Origin: Sphaeroforma arctica JP610
Lineage: Eukaryota
NCBI RefSeq assembly: GCF_001186125.1
Contig: NW_014039739.1
Location: 1 to 40,247, forward strand
Length of the DNA: 40,247 nt
Reading direction: 5' to 3'
Shown here: positions 26,285 to 40,247 of the stretch, piece after piece
Layout of the letters: every line of letters starts with the position of its first letter
Numbering within the stretch: position 1 is the stretch's first letter
Notes under the pieces: model-generated
Database searches by the model: none
What the model was told of the DNA's origin: nothing
The model's input: the letters and a program-made list of their open reading frames with translations, nothing else
Made by a program: the position numbers and the translations under genes

Positions 26285-26927
26285 CTGCTTGGAGATAGTC
26301 TTTGTCCGTATGCAGCTTTATCTGCGAATGTTGATGTGTGCTGTATGCCAATGCAATGCCTGTGGTTCATGTACGTGCAGGTTGTGATTTCTAATACGTA
26401 GCCTAAACGGCATAGAAATTTAAACAATGTTCGTACAGTACAACAAACACGTGAAAATCGATGACGCTTAAAAATCACTGATCTCCTGTGATTAGGATAA
26501 CGGGCCAAGATATCATAGTGTGTATTTAGAAGGCTATGAAAATATCGCTGGTTTAAAACGCTCTACTACGCAACCCAGACGTGTTTCATTCATTAGATAT
26601 TATTGTTGTACGTAGTATGGATGAGAACAGATGTCCCTGACAAATCCATGTAACATTCGAACGTGGTAGGATATAAACCACTACACAACAGCCAATTCAA
26701 CTAGTTCGTTATTATAGTAGTACGAATGAGAGCGCCTGGAGAGTGCTTTGGATGTGTCTGACTATCTCATGCAACTTTCAGACGTGGTAGGGTATATTAC
26801 GCCGCACATCGTACATGTCGAGGTTGGCCTTTATCGTTCTTTAACTAGATCATGAGTGTATCGTATGGGACGTATTCTCCCCTATACTAGTCAATGACTG
26901 TATACCAGAAGTGTAAGTCATCGCATT

Positions 26928-27581
26928 NNNNNNNNNNNNNNNNNNNNNNNNNNNNNNNNNNNNNNNNNNNNNNNNNNNNNNNNNNNNNNNNNNNNNNNNN
27001 NNNNNNNNNNNNNNNNNNNNNNNNNNNNNNNNNNNNNNNNNNNNNNNNNNNNNNNNNNNNNNNNNNNNNNNNNNNNNNNNNNNNNNNNNNNNNNNNNNNN
27101 NNNNNNNNNNNNNNNNNNNNNNNNNNNNNNNNNNNNNNNNNNNNNNNNNNNNNNNNNNNNNNNNNNNNNNNNNNNNNNNNNNNNNNNNNNNNNNNNNNNN
27201 NNNNNNNNNNNNNNNNNNNNNNNNNNNNNNNNNNNNNNNNNNNNNNNNNNNNNNNNNNNNNNNNNNNNNNNNNNNNNNNNNNNNNNNNNNNNNNNNNNNN
27301 NNNNNNNNNNNNNNNNNNNNNNNNNNNNNNNNNNNNNNNNNNNNNNNNNNNNNNNNNNNNNNNNNNNNNNNNNNNNNNNNNNNNNNNNNNNNNNNNNNNN
27401 NNNNNNNNNNNNNNNNNNNNNNNNNNNNNNNNNNNNNNNNNNNNNNNNNNNNNNNNNNNNNNNNNNNNNNNNNNNNNNNNNNNNNNNNNNNNNNNNNNNN
27501 NNNNNNNNNNNNNNNNNNNNNNNNNNNNNNNNNNNNNNNNNNNNNNNNNNNNNNNNNNNNNNNNNNNNNNNNNNNNNNNNN
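26928..27581. other. Assembly gap (N run)
   Basis: 654 N; it may hide 5' exon(s) of POP4. Confidence 1.
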
Positions 27582-27710
27582 GCTGGTGTTCGCTATGCGC
27601 AAGCGGTGCACAATTAACCAGCACTGACTGTTTAGAGTGGTGCGTAAGTGTTGCATTAAATGCATTTTCGAAGGATTCTATGGCCTTATAGCAAGTGCGT
27701 ATATAGTAGA

Positions 27711-28070
27711 TCAGTTCTGAATATTTCAACTGGTGTGTTTGTGCTGCTAAATGTACACAAGTGTGTACATATTTAATTAGTTCCGACTATTTAGACTGGT
27801 GTGTTTGTACTGGTTGGTGTGTATCAGTGTGTATACAGTTAATTAGTTCCGACTATTTTAACTGGTGTGTTTGTACTGGTTGGTGTGTATCAGTGTGTAC
27901 ACAGTTAATTAGTTCAGACTATTTAGACTGGTGTGTTTGTGCTGGTTGGTGTGTATCAGTGTGTACACAGTTAATTAGTTCCGACTATTTTAACTGGTGT
28001 GTTTGTACTGGTTGGTGTGTATCAGTGTGTACACAGTTAATTAGTTCCGACTATTTAGACTGGTGTGTAT
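27711..28070. repeat. Minisatellite, ~5.5 x 66 bp
   Basis: AGTTAATTAGTTCCGACTATTT(A/T)(G/A)ACTGGTGTGTTTGTACTGGTTGGTGTGTATCAGTGTGTACAC; AATTAG ends at 27780, 27846, 27912, 27978 and 28044. Confidence 0.95.
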
Positions 28071-28610
28071 TAGCTGTTTTAGTGAGCATTCGTATGGGCA
28101 CATGTAACCAGATATGGCTGTTGAGCTGGTGTGAAGTAGACTCAAGCTGCGATAGCTAGTTATCAAGCTGTAAAGCTGACGAGTCCTTCCTACCGTGAAT
28201 GAACTTTATTGTACATGCACATAGTCCGTTGGGTAGCTTCGCCTGGTTGTCGTGTCCGTATTTATGTGTTAAACGAGAGTATAGCTGTCTACGTGCACAC
28301 ACCTTGAGTTGGCCAATGGAGGCAGGCCTGGAGTGTTGTGATGGTTTGTTAGTTGGCCACTTTTATCCTTAGACAGAAGGTATTGCTCTGGTAATAGGCC
28401 CACGAATCACTCCTTAGCTGCTATGTCTACATCACAAGTACACTGCCGAGCAAGGCTTGCGCTTGATCTATCCGTATCCGTATTTGCACTTCCCACCAGT
28501 CCGTGAACAGAGTACACCTAAAACTGAATATCCTGACAGCCATTGTACTACTTGGGAAAGTTATGGGCCCTGCCCCTGCTCATACTGTTTTGCCTTATTA
28601 TCACATCTAG

Positions 28611-28916
28611 TCCAATGCCGGCAAGTCGAATACGGACATGGTCCGGAATCTGGTGATGAATACTTTGACCGGCAATGCGGAACAGTATGTATGATGCTCG
28701 TGGCGTAATGTAGTAGCGTATGTGCAGTTATCATGTCTAGAAGTATGGACAGTCTGTATGAACACCCTGGCTATATGTGTAGTAATGAGTACTAAATAAT
28801 ATATGCTGTCCACCTCTATCGGAAGTTGGCGCCAGTGTACCTGCACACATCCGCACTGCGTCGAGCTCAATGAACCTTACTTACACACACACACACNNNN
28901 NNNNNNNNNNNNNNNN

Positions 28917-28955
<39 letters not shown>

Positions 28956-31900
28956 TATATAGATATATATATATATATATATATTGGAAAATAACTTTCG
29001 GAAATCTCACGACAGCTTTTGGGCCCTTTTATACAAGCCACCTTTTCGGGCTTCGATCTCAAGCCTTAGCAGCCATACCTATTTGCAGTACACAGATATT
29101 TATTCGGCCCATGTCGAAGGCAAAATCGCGCAGTGCTAGCTAGAACGACTAGCAATAAAAAATCATTCGTACGCAGCCACAGTGCCGATATATAGACACT
29201 AGCAAACGCACTTATATCGATACAGGCAAACGCGACTGTATCAATTCGGGGTCAAATATCGTGTAGTGGAAATGATGTGAACTTTGTTTTCTGCTCTTGC
29301 TCCATATATCGGCCTTGTCTTCGTCGTCCAATCATCACTTTATGTGGAGACAGCCAGTGGTGGTTGGCGTGGTCGTTAACGCCTAGCAAACTCAGCTAGT
29401 CACCAGCTTGTGCACGCTTTAACGTATCACTTATATAGTCTCTATAGTCGCATCATAAACGGATACCTCCTTCCAACGCGAGACTCCCAGTCTCGTATGT
29501 ACCAGCCACTTGTCCCAGGAATTTGTATGCGCCGCTAGCTTTGTATCGTACCACTCGGTATTGTACAAAAGCAGATAAAGACACGACCAGTAGTGTATCG
29601 ACGTAGTACTGCATTCCCAGTCGAGCTCATTTGTGAAAACCTCGACATACATTCACTCAGAAATTACCGAACCAAAGTTGAGGGTAAAGTGCTGCTGTTA
29701 GAAGCGCAGCTGACAATCCCCAAGAGAATTCACAAGCATCATCAGGTTCGTTCAATTCAGTATATTGTGTGGGTAACACTCTCATCTGATCCGCTTGAGT
29801 ATTGAAAGCTCGGCACTGTGCGTGTATATCCATATTATATACTTATATATTCATAATTTATGTAGGAGCGTTCCATCGACAAGATTTGTATTCCAACCAA
29901 GCTTAGCATATTTTATGTGCAAATAAGAAAAAAAATAGTGTGCCACCTGTGTATCATCCTTTACATATTCGAGAACTCCCGTAGTTGTAGGTAGGTAGTA
30001 GGTAGACAACGTGCAGAGGGGCGTGTATCGATATTTAGTCGACCTGTATAAGTCTGTTCTGGTAGTTATTGTATTGTTGATCCGTTTGAGTCGATATGGC
30101 AGCTGTCCCTCATTCTGCAAGTGCGAGCGTAAGTTCGTTCGCTGATAAATAAAATCGAACTAAATTCGATCGCCTGTTGGATTGAGAGACAACCTTTTAA
30201 TATATTATATATATATATGTATAGTATATATATATATATATATTTATAATATATATATATATATGCAAATAGAGTGAGCGCCATTGGGCTTCTTGTTGTA
30301 TTGTTTTGTAATTGGGTCTAGGGTTTTAGCGATATATGCACCGTGTCTTACTGAATGGCTTTTCTATACCACCCTCAGCTTATAGGCCGAGGTGAGATGA
30401 CGCGGAAGGACTTCTTTGCTTTACCCGACCAAAAGAACATCACATATGAGAAAGCTATGCCTGGTCATGCGATGTGGCTCGAATATGTATCGCACCTCTG
30501 GAGTGCCCTGCCCGGGTATGTTTAAAGCCTTCTACTAGACGGACCGTTTCATTACATAGACTCACTACAGTCCTTCATCTGCATCGGTGAATGTATGTAA
30601 TAGTACAAGAAGCACTTGTATACGGTTGGATGGCTCTGGTGTTGGTTTCTTAGAATTGCGCAGAGTTCACTCAAAATCGGGAGCATGATTGGGATCTTTT
30701 ATCCGTCAAATCCTATGTTAGCCAACGCGATGTGTGCAGGTTATTTTGCTCACATCACTCGTTGCTATATATGGAATAGAAACTAATAGCCTTACAGCTG
30801 ATGATAGCGCCCAGCTAGTCCACTGTATCGGTTTGTCCTAGCGTGTTGGCCTGATTAAATGTAATCGATATTCTATATTGACGAGTATAGGATTTACTAC
30901 ATTATTGTTGCATTGCTTTCGAACATATAAAGTGCACTCCGACACCGTTTGCACGATTTGAATTCGATGTCGAAGCAATGGCGTACAACCTGTTGTACAC
31001 AGTACGAGATTCATAAACGATGATAACCCTTCATCTCAAGCAACGTTGCAGGCTTAATTGGACCAGATACGTCATACGTATATATATTGACCCCTGTACT
31101 TCTCCTATGAACAGTGAGAGCAACAGTGCGCAGGCTCGTGCGAGTCTATTGGTATCCGTAGACATGCACGGGTGTCTCATAACTGTGTCAAACGCACGGA
31201 ATGCAAGCCTGGTCGGTGTAAGCGGTATTGTTTTGCAGGACTCTGTCAGGACTTTCACGATTGTCACAAAGACGAATGCTATCAAAGGTGTGTGTGTGTG
31301 CCATGGTATTATAAAGCGTATTTTGCCCAGCCGAGTATTCAAAACAACCATAATATGTTGTACACATGGGTCAGCATCGCGGCACTGTTTCGGCCAATAC
31401 TTCTTTTTCTGCCTTGGTTAGTTGGTTTATCGGATGGCGCAGCTTATACGAATCTCCGCATTGTTTGATTGGACCGCACTTTCACTACCCTAACCCTCTG
31501 ACGTGTAACTACAGTGTTGCCTAAGGATGGTGCCACTTTCACAACAAATGCGCACTCTATTGTAATTGTGTGGCACGGAAATGGGCTCATCGCCGAACGA
31601 TTGACCAGGGCGAAGGCGAACCAGGTACACATTGTACATGTCTAACAATTGGATTGCTGGAGAAGCTGTTTGTACTATAGTCAGTGCAGTCATGGTTGTC
31701 CTATGCATTTGGCCTGATCTGATTGGTCGAAATGAGAACTTAAAGTGGTTTAATTGCTCACTATCATCCTCCAGCGCACGCAGGCTTCGATCATCGTGTG
31801 CAGTGTCACATTTCGGCGTTGCTTGTATCGTCTGATATCGACTCGTCACAGTGTGTCTTAACTTCCACTTAATGCAGACTTTGATCTTGTACCGGTATAC

Positions 31901-32105
31901 AATTCCCTCGTACAGCACATGGCTAAGAAACGATTGCCTGCATTGTACACACAGCCATATTGTCGCACTCTATTTATAGCATTTCTTATATTTCTTGTTG
32001 CAGTTGGCGCATCACAACAAACACCATCGTGGGGGACCAAGGAACAAAATACCCAAAATCAAGAAAAAGGGCTCGTACGTTGCGACTGTCAGTATCGATA
32101 GGTAG
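28611..32105 (+). CDS. POP4: Ribonuclease P/MRP protein subunit p29 (POP4/Rpp29), 5' exon not identified
   Basis: Phase-compatible exons 28611-28684, 29661-29745, 30379-30515, 31115-31287, 31515-31624 and 32004-32105; the first and last are less certain. Motifs: KVEGKVLLLE; ITYEKAMPGHAMWLEYVSHL; LLVSVDMHGCLITVSNARNASLVGVSGIVLQDSVRTFTIVTKTNAIKVLPKDGATF..VWHGNGL (Rpp29 Sm-like domain). Confidence 0.88.
28883..28984. repeat. (CA)n/(TA)n microsatellite with a short N gap (28897-28916)
   Basis: Read directly from the sequence. Confidence 0.95.
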
Positions 32106-33108
32106 TTTGCAATTACAGCAGATGGTACATGTCCACACACTTGATTGCGCCGCAAAGAGATACCATACATGATTTATCTGAAAGGTGCCTGTGCTGTCTA
32201 CACTGGATCACTCTCGAGTAACATACACGTACACGCCCAGTGCTACTGACTGACGATGGACAGTCCGTATCGACCACTGGGTGCGTATGCTAATGGTGTT
32301 GACGGGCTAGGAGTGGGGTAAGCGTATTCGTACACTCTTGCTGATGAGAAAGTCTTTGTTTGGAGCGTGTCTATCGCGACCGCCAGCATCAAGGCAGATG
32401 ACTGCGCCCACACACGAAGCCTAAGTACTGGTAGCGCTATATATTGTCACCCATGATATGCATACGTAGCAAAAGTCAACATAGTCGGCTATGGTTGAGG
32501 GGTATACAGACCTTTTTATATATTGACAACCGGACCTGTCATTTAAAAGTCAATAAGATATACTTCAGCTCATGTAAATAGTATATACACACATTTGTAT
32601 ATATATTAACACCCGGAACCATCATTGACGACCTATCCATGGTGCGTGGACGTCGCGACTGTCGGCATTGATGGGAGACAGATAGAGACTGCAGATGTAT
32701 GTGATACACCTATAGTACTTGCCGGAGCTGCAAACGGTTGCGATCGAGTGCCTATATGACCGGTCAGGGTCACGAGCATAATCCATTCATGGCAAATGTA
32801 CGTAGTAGTTAAGGCCGTTGGTATCAATAAGGATCCAGTTGACTGGAAACACACAATAGCGTCAAATCTCACGAGACATGTTACAAGGCTTCCGGGCTAC
32901 TTATTATGTGCACCTTATGGCTACTGGTTACAGGCGAGTGCACAGAGAAACCAGAATTTGAAACACTGAGATTGGGTTTAAGTGGTGTTAGAAGCCAACT
33001 TCAGCCTGGGAGAAGGATAAAAGGGTCGCCTGAGCAATAACTAAGTGACGCTCACAGCATTGTGTATCAGCCAGCAATCGGTATTGTCGGGTAGCAAGTG
33101 GTCTTGAT

Positions 33109-33328
33109 ATTTTATCAAGGCAAATACATACCATTGCGCTTCATACTCTTCTTTATTGTCTAACATTTTATCAAGGCAAATACATACCATTGCGCTTCAT
33201 ACTCTTCTTTATTGTCTAACATTTTATCAAGGCAAATACACACCATTGCGCTTCTACCCTTCTTTATTGACGAACATTTTATCAAGGCAAATACATACCA
33301 CTGCGCTTCATACCCTTTTTAATTGTCG
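33109..33328. repeat. Minisatellite, 4 x ~56 bp
   Basis: ATTTTATCAAGGCAAATACATACCATTGCGCTTCATACTCTTCTTTATTGTCTAAC at 33109, 33165, 33221 and 33276. Confidence 0.95.
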
Positions 33329-33798
33329 TTCTGGTAAAATACTTGATACGCTTAAAGGAGTTGTCGTCGCTTGGTTGTTTGCGGCAGTCGACAGAGATCG
33401 CTGAGGCCATCGAAGCGTCGACAACAGGGGAGCATGAGTCATACCCATATCAATGTACAGTGATAGTGTATGTTAAACAGACGTCCAGTCGGTATAGCAC
33501 GCACGTCCAATATATTCTCCCATGTGCGAGCAGCCGACCCAAGCTCCGCTTTCAGCGCTCATAAAATATGGCGTCTGTGAACAGGCCACCATCTGAAGTG
33601 GTAGTTGGGGCCAGGGCCTGATTGGGCCAGGATAGCAGCTGTCGCTGGGCAATGGTCGCGGTGAAGGGGTAGCATGATTATTGGCTGCTATCACTTTCTG
33701 CCAAGCGTCTCTTATGTAGCGCTTAGCTGCACCGTGATACATTGATACACAATTTATATGATCTAAAAATAGTCAACTATGTATGTAGGAGTATTAAT

Positions 33799-39064
<5,266 letters not shown>

Positions 39065-39322
39065 GCTGTATTAATCCTATGCGTAGCTGTAGTCGAATTC
39101 CAATGACGTGCTCTAAGAACTTACTAGACTCGCGTGCTTAATGAACTGCGATTTGTGTGTCAAGGATGCTTTTCAGTTTCCATATGTATATGTAAGTATA
39201 TAATATTATCCATAATTACAATTAGTTCAGACTTTGTCCAATGTTCCTTAGACAGACTCTCTCAATGACTCTTTCTCTCAGATCGAGAAAGGGGCTGAAC
39301 CGCTGAGCCGCAGAGCCGTAAG

Positions 39323-39460
39323 GTATTTATATACATAACAAGGCAGTATGTATTGTAAAGGAGCTGTAAATTAAGTTTTATAAATTGCTTTTTCTATATA
39401 ATATTTCTAATTTATATAAAACCATGTACAGTCACCCTGGTTACAGATGGTTTGATTGGC
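39323..39460 (-). promoter_or_regulatory. Putative CCAAT and TATA elements upstream of the LicD-like gene
   Basis: Minus-strand CGCCAATCAAA at ~39460-39450 and TATATAAATA at ~39332-39323, upstream of ATG 39064. Confidence 0.4.
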
Positions 39461-39530
39461 GTGTAGCACATTTGTACTCCTTTGTTTTTCTCTCTACATA
39501 TTTGTTTTTGTAAAAACAAAATGTATGTAT

Positions 39531-39870
39531 TAGGCGGGCCGCGGACCATCACCACACTCTCTGGTGGGGAACACCGTCCACACCCCACACTGCAGTTTGC
39601 ACAGTCCACAGTCCACACGGCACACAGTACTGACATCTGGCGGGAGTCACGGCTGACGGCACTGATGAGTCACTGACGCCCGCGGCAGTGAGCGGCACCG
39701 TCGCACCGGTGACAATTTTTTTTGTTGCCCGGTCGGATTTTCGAGATATTTTGTAAGTTCTCGCACCGGGCCCGGCCGGGGTGTTTATAAAACAAAAATT
39801 GAAAAAGGGAAGGGAATGGGGTCAGGCCGTTAGGGGAGCCTCTGGGGAGGCCGTAGGATACCATCATGGG
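39531..39870. other. GC-rich island with multiple potential stems in AT-rich flanks (unclassified; ncRNA or non-autonomous element?)
   Basis: Abrupt composition shift. Pairings: GCGGG-A-GTCA/TGAC-G-CCCGC, TCACTG/CAGTGA, CCCGGT/ACCGGG and CGAGA/TCTCG; T8 tract at 39716-39723. Confidence 0.35.
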
Positions 39871-40247
39871 AAGTTGAGAACAATATAAATATATAAATAC
39901 CAATATAAATAGAAATACTAAAATATATATTGAAGAATAATTCAAGACATATATATAAATATAGTTATATACCGTGTGTAGCTCTGTGCTTTAACAAATA
40001 CCGTGTGAAGTTATGAACATTCACAATGCATTGAATGTAGATATATAAATTTTAATATCTATAGAAATAGTAATATATATATATATATATATATATAAAT
40101 ATAAACACAATACATTATGTATTTATGATTATATATCATGTGTACCTGTGTACATTCAATCAAAACCACCATGTTAAGTTGTGAACATTCAATGTATTAC
40201 ATGTAGGTAAATATATACTGTTACACGAAATACTTATATATTTATAT

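Noticed and set aside
39662..39698. Hammerhead ribozyme-like CTGATGAG followed by a stem
   Set aside because: The required GAAA after stem II is absent (GCGGCA instead), and no convincing stems I and III were found.
40005..40215. Degenerate repeat AAGTT(A/G)TGAACATTCA..ATG.ATT..ATGTAG
   Set aside because: Two short diverged copies in low-complexity AT-rich sequence at the window edge; not interpretable.

Overview
Intron-rich eukaryotic genomic scaffold with GT-AG introns, (TA)n/(CA)n microsatellites and four N gaps. An animal-like myosin essential light chain and a dsRBD-bearing DUS2 suggest a holozoan, possibly a unicellular one such as an ichthyosporean (inference only). By manual splicing with phase checks I reconstruct seven genes: (1) a type II membrane protein with Cys-rich repeats, an unassigned module, an EGF domain and a GH114 alpha-1,4-galactosaminidase-like domain (+); (2) a 12-exon, highly divergent sphingosine-1-phosphate-lyase-like gene with an intact reading frame but no PLP-binding lysine, a candidate pseudoenzyme (+); (3) a myosin essential light chain (-); (4) a small, possibly myristoylated ankyrin protein (+); (5) DUS2 with a C-terminal dsRBD (-); (6) RNase P/MRP subunit POP4/Rpp29 (+), head-to-head with DUS2; (7) a LicD/fukutin-family type II membrane phosphotransferase (-). 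Also present are several minisatellites, decayed tandem copies of an intron/exon junction, and a structured GC-rich island near the right end. All family assignments come from recalled motifs, not database searches.
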